A stretch of DNA of 64,000 nucleotides. Origin: Phycisphaerales bacterium. Lineage in GTDB: Bacteria > Planctomycetota > Phycisphaerae > Phycisphaerales > UBA1924. Location: positions 6,842 to 70,841 of the forward strand of contig JBJXFQ010000011.1 of NCBI GenBank assembly GCA_046155605.1. The letters run 5' to 3'. Made by a program: the position numbers and the translations under genes. Below the pieces are notes generated by a model. The model saw only the letters and a program-made list of their open reading frames with translations, was not told the DNA's origin and searched no databases. Within the stretch, counting starts at the first letter, position 1. Each line of letters opens with the position of its first letter. Positions 1 to 8,881 of this stretch are shown here, in pieces.

Positions 1-1
1 T

Positions 2-841
2 GCGTCAAGACTCGGCCCCGAGGCGGCGAGTCTGGCGGCGGAACTCGCGCGGCCGGAGGAAGTGCTAACGCTCCGCCCGATGACCCCGCCGCTACACCTG
101 AGTTATTCCGCGGTGCGGGATTATCTGTTGTGCGGGCGCTGCTATTACCTCAAGCGAGTGCTGGGGTGTCCGGAGGAACCCTCCGAGCGGCAGGATGTCG
201 GGAACTCCGTCCACGCCGCGCTGAGACGGTACTTTCAGGCGTGGCGCGAGGCGGAGGCAGAGGGGCGAGCGCCGCCGACGGTGGAGCAACTGGTTCGAAT
301 GGGTAGGGAGGAGTATGAAGGGGCGCTTGGGCCGGCGCGAGCGTTGGAGCCGGGCACCTGGCGCACGATCGAGGCGATGCTGCGGCAGGGGGCGGCGATG
401 CACGGCGCGGCGGACCAGATTCTTGAGTTGGAATGGTCGGTGACGTTTCCGTACGAGCACGCGGGGGTCTCGCATCGGTTCACGGCGAAGTTTGACCGGG
501 CGGACCTGGCGGGTGACGGCGGGCACCGGATCATCGATTACAAGACCGGTGCTGAAACGAAGAAACTGCTGGAGCCGAAGGCGGACGACCTGCAACTGGG
601 CGTATACGCGCTGGCGATGCGGCATCAGCAGGGCGTGCCGATGGAGGATCGCTCGACGCCGGCGCTGGGCGTGGCGGAGTATTGGCACCTGCCGACGGGT
701 CGGCGCGGCGTGCTGGACATGGCGTCGGTGGCGTATGACAGGGTGCGGGAGGAGATCGGCAGAGCGATCGACGGGATGCTGGCGGGACGATTCGAGCGGG
801 GCGACAAGTGTGAGGGTGGGCTCTGCGAGTGGCTGGGGTGA
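2..841 (+). CDS. PD-(D/E)XK (RecB/AddB/Cas4-like) nuclease domain protein, probably 5' partial
   Basis: The reading frame has no stop between nt 2 and the first listed start at 62, so the CDS may continue upstream of the window. It has an IIDYKTG motif typical of the PD-(D/E)XK core. It also has N-terminal CxxC (LLCGRCYY) and C-terminal KCEGGLCEW cysteines, as in Fe-S nuclease domains. Confidence 0.55.
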   Translation, partial: ASRLGPEAASLAAELARPEEVLTLRPMTPPLHLSYSAVRDYLLCGRCYYLKRVLGCPEEPSERQDVGNSVHAALRRYFQAWREAEAEGRAPPTVEQLVRMGREEYEGALGPARALEPGTWRTIEAMLRQGAAMHGAADQILELEWSVTFPYEHAGVSHRFTAKFDRADLAGDGGHRIIDYKTGAETKKLLEPKADDLQLGVYALAMRHQQGVPMEDRSTPALGVAEYWHLPTGRRGVLDMASVAYDRVREEIGRAIDGMLAGRFERGDKCEGGLCEWLG

Positions 842-939
842 GATTGAACTACTGAGGGCTTGAATAGCAAACGAGCAAGCAACATCAAATCACTATGTGA
901 CGCGAGACATGCGTCTTTGCAATTGGCACACGGGCGGGA

Positions 940-2715
940 TTACTTTCGAATCTCGACGGGCTCGATCTCGAAGATGAGCATAGCGTCGGGCGGGATGATC
1001 TTTTTGCCGCCGGCTGAGAAGCCGCGGCTGCCGTAGGCGAGTTCGGGCGGGACGATGAGCCGGCGCTTGCCCCCGATTCGCATGCCGGGATAGCCCTCGA
1101 TCCAACCCTTGATGACCCCGCCGCGGAGCGAGAACGAGAGCGGCTCGTTACGGTCATAGGAGGAGTCGAACTTCGTCCCGTCGGCAAGCATGCCCTTGTA
1201 ATGAGCGCGGAGGTCGGCGAAGGGAGGGATGACCGCGCCAGTGCCGATGCGGAGGTCCTCGATGATGAGTCCCGAGTCGGTCTCACGGCGTTCGAGAACG
1301 GCCTCGACGGTAGGGAGTCGGCGAACCTTGATGTTGCGGAAGCGGACCTCGTCGCCGTGATCTTGCAGCGCGATGTGGCCGGCGGGACGAGTGAGAAAGT
1401 CGGGATATTTGGTCCACTTGCTCTGGGCCAGGGCGGTCTTGAACTCGGGCGAGGCAGTGTCGGCATCCACGACTTTGAAGCCGTTCAGCCAGTGCTCGAT
1501 GCGCGTGCCCTTGCAGACGATGCGAACGGAGTTCCACTCACCGGCGGGTCGGGCGGTGTCGAAGGCGAGCGGGACGACGTCGTAGAGCGTGCCGGAGCGG
1601 GTCTTGCCCTTGTTCGAGTCGGCGTGGGCGACATCATCGAGCACCTGCAACTCCGCGCCGGTCTCCCAGCAGTAGTCGTGGTCCTCGGTGGAGCGGTAAA
1701 TAATGCCGCTGTTGCCGCCCTTCGCGACGTTGAAGTCGATGGCGAGTTCGAAGTCTGCGTATTGCTCGGCGGTGACGATGTCGCCGCCGCCCTCGCCGGG
1801 CTTGCGCCAGAGCGTGCCCGCATCGACGGCCCATCCGCCGGCGGGGAATGCGGGCTTTTTGTAGCCGCGCCAGTTGGCGACGGTGGTGCCGTCAAAGATG
1901 AGGGTCCAGCCCGCGGCGCGCTCGGCGTCGGAGAGCGCGTTGTGGGCGCGCGAGTCGGACCACGCCGCGGGAAGCGTGACCGCGCCCGTGGCGGCCCACT
2001 CGGCACCGCGGCAGATCAGCGTCTTGAACTGCGGATCGCTGATCGAGGGCTTGGAGTCGTTCGCGTTGACCCAGACATGGCCCAGAGGCGTGGCGAAGAC
2101 GCGGCCCTGGCCGTATTGCATCGTGAAGGCCATGGGCTCGATCTTGCCGGTGCCGCCGGTGTCGGTCGCGGAGAAGGCGGTGGCGAGGACCTCGATGGGT
2201 ACGTTCTGGACGTTGACCAGTTTGTGGTAGAGTTCGTCGGGGTGGGCGCGGAGGTCGGCGAGGCCGGTGGTAATGGGATGGGCCTTGTTGGTGAAGGTGA
2301 TGTCGAAGGCGTGAAACTTGCCGTGGGCCGAGCCCTCGCGCCACATGAGCCCGAGCAGTTTCTCATATTCAGGCCAGTCGGCGAAGGAGTTATTGGCGGA
2401 GTGGATGGCCACGACGCCGGCACCCTCGCGGACGGCGTTCAGGAAGTTCGCGTCGCCCGCGTCGCCCCAGCGCCTCGAGTTCTTGTAATCGTTGTAATCG
2501 AGGACAAAGAGCCGGTATCGCCCGACCGCCACGGCGTCGGCGAGCGTCGTCCACGGTTCGTCGGTGATCGTGACGGCGAAACGGCCGGTGGCCTCGAGCG
2601 TGTCGGCGTGCTGCCGGCTCGTGTATCGCCAGTTGTGGTTGTTGTGGCCCGTGATGAGCAGCGTCGGGATGGGATCAGCAGCGAGGGCGGCGAGCACGAG
2701 CGCGGCGGTGAGCAT
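940..2715 (-). CDS. Secreted ThuA-like / DUF1080 (3-keto-disaccharide hydrolase-like) / FKBP-type peptidyl-prolyl isomerase fusion protein
   Basis: 591-aa ORF with an N-terminal hydrophobic signal. The ThuA-like segment reads LLITGHNNHNW...VVAIHSANNSF. The DUF1080-like segment reads GWTLIFDG..NWRGY...IALQDHGDEVRFRNIKV. The C-terminal FKBP segment reads YKGMLADGTKFDSSYDRNEPLSFSLRGGVIKGW...LIVPPELAYG...IPPDAMLIFEIE. Confidence 0.75.
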   Translation of the reverse strand: MLTAALVLAALAADPIPTLLITGHNNHNWRYTSRQHADTLEATGRFAVTITDEPWTTLADAVAVGRYRLFVLDYNDYKNSRRWGDAGDANFLNAVREGAGVVAIHSANNSFADWPEYEKLLGLMWREGSAHGKFHAFDITFTNKAHPITTGLADLRAHPDELYHKLVNVQNVPIEVLATAFSATDTGGTGKIEPMAFTMQYGQGRVFATPLGHVWVNANDSKPSISDPQFKTLICRGAEWAATGAVTLPAAWSDSRAHNALSDAERAAGWTLIFDGTTVANWRGYKKPAFPAGGWAVDAGTLWRKPGEGGGDIVTAEQYADFELAIDFNVAKGGNSGIIYRSTEDHDYCWETGAELQVLDDVAHADSNKGKTRSGTLYDVVPLAFDTARPAGEWNSVRIVCKGTRIEHWLNGFKVVDADTASPEFKTALAQSKWTKYPDFLTRPAGHIALQDHGDEVRFRNIKVRRLPTVEAVLERRETDSGLIIEDLRIGTGAVIPPFADLRAHYKGMLADGTKFDSSYDRNEPLSFSLRGGVIKGWIEGYPGMRIGGKRRLIVPPELAYGSRGFSAGGKKIIPPDAMLIFEIEPVEIRK

Positions 2716-2813
2716 GGGGCCTCCGAGAAAGTCTCAAAGCAGCACAACTCAAACAAGAACCAAGTCAGTTCACGAGTCAGCGGATCCGGTATGAGTTTCC
2801 TAACGCGGGCGAG

Positions 2814-5800
2814 TTACCAATCCAGTGGTGAGAGCCAGGAACGGGCGAGGTCTTCGACGGCGAGATCGACGGCATGGGGCGAATCGTGCGACGCGCGAAG
2901 CCGCCCTGAAGTATCGAGGAATCCGAGAACCGTCCAGGGCAGACCGACGAGCGCTCGCTCAACAGTCGGAAGGTGATGCGGAGACACTTCGAGCACAAAC
3001 CGGCTCGGTGATTCGGAGAATGCGGCGGCGATCGGATCGAGGTGGACGCGTGAGAGGTCGATGGCTGCGCCCACGCCGGCGGGCGCGCCGATGAGCATCT
3101 CGGCGATGGCGACGAGCAGCCCGCCTTCGGAGACATCGTGGGCCGACAGGGCGTGCCGATGCGCGATGAGCCCGGCGACAACCCGCGCGAGCCTTGGACC
3201 CATCGCAAGGTCGGTGGTCGGGAGCGGCGATGCGTGCGGACAGAGGGCGGATTGATAGATCGATCCGCCGAGTGCGGGTTGGGTCGATCCGACGAGCACC
3301 AGCGCGCTGCCCGGCCGTTTCGCGTCGGAGGTGAGCGCGAGATTCGTGTCGGGGACGATGCCCATGCCCGTGATGAGCAGCGTGGGCGGGATCTCGATCG
3401 TGCGTTCCTGGCCGGTGGCGGGGTCGGTGAACTTGAGTTGGTTGTTGAGCGAGTCTTTGCCGCTGACAAAGGGCGCGCGATAGGCCTTGGCGGCGTCATA
3501 GCAGCCCTCGGAGGCACGGACGAGCGAGGCGAGATTCTGCGGCTTGCCGCAACTGGGCCAGCAGAAGTTGTCGAGGATGGCGATGCGTTCCGGGTCGGCC
3601 CCGAGGCAGATGAGGTTGCGAACGCACTCGTCGATGGCGGCAAGGGCCATGAGGTAGGGGTCGCCGCCGTCGCCGGGGAGCGCCGGGTCGCCGATGCCTG
3701 TTTGCAGACCGCAGGCGAGCGCGATGCCGCGTCCGGAGCCGGGGATTGGCTCGATGACGGCACCGTTGCTCGGCCCGCGCGCACAGGGGCCGACGAGTGG
3801 CTTGATGATCGTGTTGCCCTGCACCTCGTGGTCGTACTGACGGATGATCCAGTGCTTGCTGGCGACGTTGGGGTGAGAGAGGAGAAGAAGAAGGGACGAA
3901 GGGACTGAGGGGCGAAATGACGAAGAGCCCGTGGTGTCGCGTCCGTGGTCCTTCGTCGCTGCATCGCTGCGGCGCGCGCTCGCTCCCCAGACCGCCTCGC
4001 GAGTGGGCTGCGGGATGCCGTCGTGTAGGAAGTCCATCGGCATTCGCCCGACCTCGTGGCCGTGGTAGCGGAGGATGAGATCACGTTTGGGCGTGCCGAA
4101 GACGCCGAGGTCAGCGAGTTCGACGCCCTCCTCGCGGCAGATGCGAGTGAGCGTCGGCAGATTTTCGGGCGGGACGGCGAGGATCATGCGTTCCTGTGCC
4201 TCGCTGATCCAGATCTCGGTGTAGGAGAGGCCGTCGTATTTCAGCGGCGCGCGATCGAGATGCACCTCGGCCCCAAGCGCGGCCCCCATCTCGCCGACCG
4301 CGGAGGAGAAGCCGCCCGCGCCGCAATCCGTGATCCCATTGAAGAGCGGTGAAGATGAAGACGGCATCGAAGCGTCGCCGTCACGAGCGCGAAGGATCGC
4401 GTCGAGCAGCCGCTTCTCTTCGATCGCGTTGCCGATCTGGACGGCGTGGGAGAACTCGTCGGCGTGGCCCTGCTCGAGTTCGGCGGAGGAGAAGGTCGCG
4501 CCGTGGATGCCGTCGCGTCCGGTGCGGCCGCCCAGCGCGATGATGCGGTCGCCCGGCTTGGCGCCGCCGTGGACGAGGTTTCGCGGCAGCAGCCCGACAC
4601 ACCCGCAGAAGACGAGCGGATTGCCGACGTAGCGATCGTCGAAGGCGACCGCGCCGGCGACGGTGGGAATGCCCATGCGGTTGCCGTAGTCGCGGACGCC
4701 GGCGACCACGTCGGTGAGGATGCGGCGCGGATGAAGCGTTCCGGGGGGAAGCGTGGTTTGTGGGGTGGCGACGCAGAAGACATCCGTGCTGGCGATGGGC
4801 TTGGCACCAAGCCCCGTGCCGATGACATCCCGGATGCACCCGCCTGCGCCGGTGGCCGCGCCGCCGTAGGGCTCGAGAGCGGATGGATGGTTGTGGGTCT
4901 CGACCTTGATGCAGACGGCGTGGCGGTCGTCAAACGCGATCACACCGGAGTTGTCCTTGAAGACGCTGAGGGTCCAATCAACGCCGTCGGCGATGAGTTC
5001 GTGGGTGGCGGCGGCGACGGTCGATTTCAGCAAGTTGTTGATCGTGACCGAGCCGTCGCGTTCGACAGTGTGGCCCGGGCGGCCTTCCCACTTGATGGGA
5101 TCCGGCTTGCCGTCTCTTCCTTCGTGCCGGTACCTGATCCTGCTCTTGAGCGTCTTGTGGACGCAGTGCTCGGACCAGGTTTGTGCGAGCGTCTCGAGTT
5201 CGGCATCGGTTGGTTCGCGTTCAAGCCGGCGAAACTCGGCCTGGATGGCTTGCATCTCTTCCAGACTGAGGAACAAATGCCCCTCGCGTGAGAGCCGAGT
5301 CAGACCCGCGTCGTCGAGGCTGCGGATCGGGATGTGGCGAAGGGAAAGGGGCGTCGGCGTGCCGGTCGGCAGCCGATCAGGGTGATACGGCTGAAGGTGG
5401 ATGCGATGGACCACGGGGTTTGCCAGCGACGCCCGCGCGAGCCGATCAGCGTCGTGGGAGGTCAGCCCTGCGAGATCGAACCGCTGGCCGGTGGAGACGG
5501 CGGGGTCGATGCTCAGCAGTTCGCGGAGCGCGGCGCGCACGGATTGGGCGGCCGGGTCCATGACGCCCGGCAGGGGATGGACCTCAACGATCGCAGCACC
5601 CTTCGACGACGCGGCACCCGCCGAAGCGATTTCCGTCACGGGATCAGCCAGCAATCGATGGCAGACGGTCGCGAGTTGGCCCTCGGAAAGGACGGCCTCG
5701 ATCAGATAAACCTTGGCCGTGCGCACGGACGCGGGCCGGAGCCCGAGGCCCTCGGCCCGGCGTGCGACATCGGCGGCGCGGGGGTCCGCGATACCTTCAC

Positions 5801-5840
5801 GGGGACGAACCTCGACGCGGTGGACGGCCATGCCGGGCAT
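2814..5840 (-). CDS. purL: Phosphoribosylformylglycinamidine synthase subunit PurL with N-terminal PurS-like domain (PurS-PurL fusion)
   Basis: 1008-aa ORF. The N-terminal ~80 aa are PurS-like. Typical PurL blocks follow: WSEHCVHKT, ETHNHPSALEPYGGAATGAGGCIRD, and the second half HPNVASKHWIIRQYDHEVQG. Confidence 0.9.
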   Translation of the reverse strand: MPGMAVHRVEVRPREGIADPRAADVARRAEGLGLRPASVRTAKVYLIEAVLSEGQLATVCHRLLADPVTEIASAGAASSKGAAIVEVHPLPGVMDPAAQSVRAALRELLSIDPAVSTGQRFDLAGLTSHDADRLARASLANPVVHRIHLQPYHPDRLPTGTPTPLSLRHIPIRSLDDAGLTRLSREGHLFLSLEEMQAIQAEFRRLEREPTDAELETLAQTWSEHCVHKTLKSRIRYRHEGRDGKPDPIKWEGRPGHTVERDGSVTINNLLKSTVAAATHELIADGVDWTLSVFKDNSGVIAFDDRHAVCIKVETHNHPSALEPYGGAATGAGGCIRDVIGTGLGAKPIASTDVFCVATPQTTLPPGTLHPRRILTDVVAGVRDYGNRMGIPTVAGAVAFDDRYVGNPLVFCGCVGLLPRNLVHGGAKPGDRIIALGGRTGRDGIHGATFSSAELEQGHADEFSHAVQIGNAIEEKRLLDAILRARDGDASMPSSSSPLFNGITDCGAGGFSSAVGEMGAALGAEVHLDRAPLKYDGLSYTEIWISEAQERMILAVPPENLPTLTRICREEGVELADLGVFGTPKRDLILRYHGHEVGRMPMDFLHDGIPQPTREAVWGASARRSDAATKDHGRDTTGSSSFRPSVPSSLLLLLSHPNVASKHWIIRQYDHEVQGNTIIKPLVGPCARGPSNGAVIEPIPGSGRGIALACGLQTGIGDPALPGDGGDPYLMALAAIDECVRNLICLGADPERIAILDNFCWPSCGKPQNLASLVRASEGCYDAAKAYRAPFVSGKDSLNNQLKFTDPATGQERTIEIPPTLLITGMGIVPDTNLALTSDAKRPGSALVLVGSTQPALGGSIYQSALCPHASPLPTTDLAMGPRLARVVAGLIAHRHALSAHDVSEGGLLVAIAEMLIGAPAGVGAAIDLSRVHLDPIAAAFSESPSRFVLEVSPHHLPTVERALVGLPWTVLGFLDTSGRLRASHDSPHAVDLAVEDLARSWLSPLDW
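3875..3914 (-). repeat. Pyrimidine-rich (CTT/CCT/GTCCC) short repeat copy embedded in frame in purL
   Basis: The sense strand reads cgcccctcagtcccttcgtcccttcttcttctcctctc and encodes FRPSVPSSLLLLLS. It resembles the copies at 32983-33069 and 37621-37720. Confidence 0.6.
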
Positions 5841-5881
5841 GATAGTCGGCGGCCAGCACGGGCTTGGGGTAGAGTGGGCGC

Positions 5882-7807
5882 ATGAGCGAAGCGGCCCGGA
5901 CGGCAGAAGCAGCGAAGTTGCTGGAGTTGGCGCGCGGCGGGGAGCCCGACGACCGCCCGCCGACGGGGACCGTGCTTTTCGAGGTTGCGTGGGAGGTCTG
6001 CAACCAGGTCGGGGGGATTTATCAGGTCTTGAAATCGAAGGCCGGGACGATCGTGGACCGCTGGCGCGACCGGTATTGTGTCGTTGGGCCGTATGTGCAG
6101 GCGAAGGCGGCGATCGAGTTTGAGCCGACGCGGGCGACGGGCTGGCTCGGGCGGGTGATCAACTCGCTGCGGGATGAGGGGCTGATCGTCCATCACGGGC
6201 GGTGGCTGGTGCCGGGGAATCCGCGGGCGCTACTGATCGAGCATGTGATGCCCCCGGAGAAACTGGGCGAGGTGAAATACCGCCTGTGGAGGGACCACGG
6301 GATCGAGTGCCCCGGCCAGGATTGGTGGCTGGACGGGGCGGCCTCGTTCGGTGATGCGGTGCGTCGACTGCTGGAATCGATCTGCCACTTCTGGTGCGGG
6401 GCCGGGGCGCAGGCATCGGGGCCGGGCGGGCCGGTGCCGGATCGGCGGGTGGTGGCGCACTTTCACGAGTGGCTGGGCGGGCTGGCGCTGCCGATGGTTC
6501 GCAAGGCGCGGCTGCCCGTGGCGTGCGCGTTCACCACGCACGCGACGCTGCTGGGGAGATATATCGCGTCAGCGGAGGAGAGTTTCTACGACCGCCTGCC
6601 ATGGATGGACCAGGCTGCGGAGGCGGAAAAGTACAACGTCCGCACGCAGCACGCGATGGAGCGCGCGTGCGCGCACGGCGCGCACGCGTTCACGACCGTC
6701 TCGGCGGTGACGGCGGAAGAGTGCACGCACCTGCTGGGGCGCACACCGGATGTCGTCACGCCCAATGGGCTGAACATCCGGCAGTATTACGCGGCCCATC
6801 AGATGCAGAACTGGCACGCGGAGTACAAAGAACGCATCCACCAGTTCGTGATGGGGCACTTTTTCCCGAGTTATGCGTTCGACCTCGACAAGACGCTGTA
6901 TCTCTTCACCAGCGGGCGGTACGAGCCGCGGAACAAGGGGTTCGACCTTTGCATGGAGGCAATGGCGCGGCTCAACGCGGAGTTGCGGGCGCTACGGGAC
7001 AAGGGCGAGGCCACCCCCACGGTCGTGTTCTTTGTCATCACGCAGCGCGCGGCGAGATCGATCAACCCGCTGATCCTCGAGAAGCGCGGCGTGCTCAACG
7101 AACTGCGTCAGGTCTGCCAGAGGATCACCGAGAACCTGGGCGAGAAGCTCTATCGGCACGGTGCCTCGGGCGAGCGCATCCACCTCGACGACCAGGTCGA
7201 TGAATACTGGCGGCTGCGCTACAAGCGGACGCAGTTCGCGCTTCGCACGCACCGCCTGCCGATGGTCTGCACGCACATGATGGAGGACGACGCGAACGAC
7301 CCCGTGCTCAACCACATCCGCCTTCTGGGGCTCCTCAATCGCGCGGAAGACCCGGTGAAAGTGGTGTACCACCCGGAGTTCATCAACCCCGTGAGCCCGC
7401 TCTGGGGGATCGAGTACGAGCAGTTCATCCGCGGGTGCCACCTGGGCGTCTTCCCGAGCCTCTATGAACCATGGGGCTACACCCCGCTTGAGTGCATGGC
7501 GTGCGGGGTGCCGGCGATCAGCAGCGACCTCGCGGGCTTCGGCCGCTACGCGCAAGAGAACATGATGGGCCACGAGGAACTGGGCCTGAGCGTGTTGCGA
7601 CGCCGCGGGCGCTCGTTCCACGATTCGGCGTCGGAACTGACGGGGATGCTGTTGCACTATTGCCGGCAGCCGCGGCGAGATCGGATCGCCGTGCGCAACG
7701 CCGTGGAGCGGGCGAGTTGGCAGTTCGATTGGTCGCGGCTCGCGCCGGCGTATCACAAGGCGCAGGCGCTGGCCGTCGAACGGTTGGGGGCTGAACTGGC
7801 GGGGTGA
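5882..7807 (+). CDS. Glycogen synthase, eukaryote-type GT3 family
   Basis: 641-aa ORF. The N-terminal FEVAWEVCNQVGGIYQVLKSKA block closely matches the signature N-terminal block of animal/fungal glycogen synthases. Size and the C-terminal GVFPSLYEPWGYTPLECMACGVPAISSDLAGFG block fit a GT-B glycosyltransferase. Confidence 0.8.
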   Translation: MSEAARTAEAAKLLELARGGEPDDRPPTGTVLFEVAWEVCNQVGGIYQVLKSKAGTIVDRWRDRYCVVGPYVQAKAAIEFEPTRATGWLGRVINSLRDEGLIVHHGRWLVPGNPRALLIEHVMPPEKLGEVKYRLWRDHGIECPGQDWWLDGAASFGDAVRRLLESICHFWCGAGAQASGPGGPVPDRRVVAHFHEWLGGLALPMVRKARLPVACAFTTHATLLGRYIASAEESFYDRLPWMDQAAEAEKYNVRTQHAMERACAHGAHAFTTVSAVTAEECTHLLGRTPDVVTPNGLNIRQYYAAHQMQNWHAEYKERIHQFVMGHFFPSYAFDLDKTLYLFTSGRYEPRNKGFDLCMEAMARLNAELRALRDKGEATPTVVFFVITQRAARSINPLILEKRGVLNELRQVCQRITENLGEKLYRHGASGERIHLDDQVDEYWRLRYKRTQFALRTHRLPMVCTHMMEDDANDPVLNHIRLLGLLNRAEDPVKVVYHPEFINPVSPLWGIEYEQFIRGCHLGVFPSLYEPWGYTPLECMACGVPAISSDLAGFGRYAQENMMGHEELGLSVLRRRGRSFHDSASELTGMLLHYCRQPRRDRIAVRNAVERASWQFDWSRLAPAYHKAQALAVERLGAELAG

Positions 7808-7819
7808 CTGCGGTATCGA

Positions 7820-8881
7820 TCAACGTGCAGGCTTGGTCCACCAGCACACAGGCACGTCCGCGAGTTCTACGCCGCTCGCCGACAACACGCGGAGTCGTCG
7901 AACGCCATGCACTGGCATCGCAGTCGTCGGCGTCAGCGAGATCTCAACGCGCGCGCCGTCCACGAGTCGCGCCTCCAGCCACGGCGTGGGAGGAATGAGC
8001 CGCAACTCAGCGGGCGTGAGCGTTGTGTCGGCATTGGGTCGAAGGGTGAGGGTGCGGGTCGTCGCGCGCTCGGGACGAAGAAACACGATCCCGCCGGGCT
8101 CGGTGCGATACCGCGCTCGCGTTTCGAGTCGGATCGCCACCCGCACCGACGGCTTCGCCTCCGCGTCGGCGGCCAGTTCGATCCAGCCGTCCATGATCCC
8201 TGGCTGCTCGGGCGCGGGTCCGGTCGCGCGCACGCGGAGCACGCCCAGCGGCAGCGCTGGGTCTTGCACGGGCGCGGCGGTCCACCCCGGCAGCGTGCAG
8301 GCAGCCCACGTCAGTTGCGGCTTCGTCTCTTTCTCCGTCAGGATTCGAACATGCACGTCGAGATGAGCGACGGTCCCCACGACCGCGGGAACGATGGCCG
8401 ATTCCGGCCGCACCACGAACTGCTGATCTGTCTGGTACCGGATCGCGCACACCCCGAGTTCAGTACGACCGACGTTCGCCTCGTTCCTCGCCGCGCGGAA
8501 GGTCACAGTCTGGACTTGCTCACCGGGCACGCTGGCGGGGGCGACGCGCATCGTCAGGACCGCTTGCGCCATCGGCGCGACCGATTCGGCATCAAACGCG
8601 GCATCCAGGCACCCGCAACTCTTGTTGACGATCCTCAGCGCGACCGGCGTGAGAGACGCGTTCTCGAAGGTGATGCGACGCGTCAGCGGCTTGCCGCTCT
8701 GGACTCGCCCCAGATTCTCGGCATCGGCGTTCACGACGCGAAGCCGCGTCAACTCGCCCTTGGGCAGTGCCGCTTGCTCGCCCGAGGGAGGGGGCTGAAG
8801 TCCTTTCGTCGCGCCGACGAGCGACACGACGAGGGCGATCGCCGTCGACGACGCGAGCGTCAGAATGGACGGCGATTTCAT
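7820..8881 (-). CDS. Secreted DUF1573-like (PapD/Ig-like fold) repeat protein
   Basis: 353-aa ORF with a signal peptide (MKSPSILTLASSTAIALVVSLVGA). It has the NKSCGCLDA motif characteristic of DUF1573. Its ATG overlaps the stop of the upstream gene (ATGA at 8878-8881). Confidence 0.6.
   Translation of the reverse strand: MKSPSILTLASSTAIALVVSLVGATKGLQPPPSGEQAALPKGELTRLRVVNADAENLGRVQSGKPLTRRITFENASLTPVALRIVNKSCGCLDAAFDAESVAPMAQAVLTMRVAPASVPGEQVQTVTFRAARNEANVGRTELGVCAIRYQTDQQFVVRPESAIVPAVVGTVAHLDVHVRILTEKETKPQLTWAACTLPGWTAAPVQDPALPLGVLRVRATGPAPEQPGIMDGWIELAADAEAKPSVRVAIRLETRARYRTEPGGIVFLRPERATTRTLTLRPNADTTLTPAELRLIPPTPWLEARLVDGARVEISLTPTTAMPVHGVRRLRVLSASGVELADVPVCWWTKPAR

Noticed and set aside
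843-939. Short hairpin gacgc-gagacat-gcgtc followed by ttt, after the nuclease gene.
   Set aside because: It is only a 5-bp stem with a 3-nt T run, which is too weak to call a terminator.
1201-2976. 591-aa plus-strand ORF mirroring the ThuA/DUF1080/FKBP gene.
   Set aside because: It is antisense to a gene with three recognisable domains. Its translation is Gly/Ala/Arg/Val/Asp low-complexity, typical of spurious antisense ORFs in high-GC DNA.
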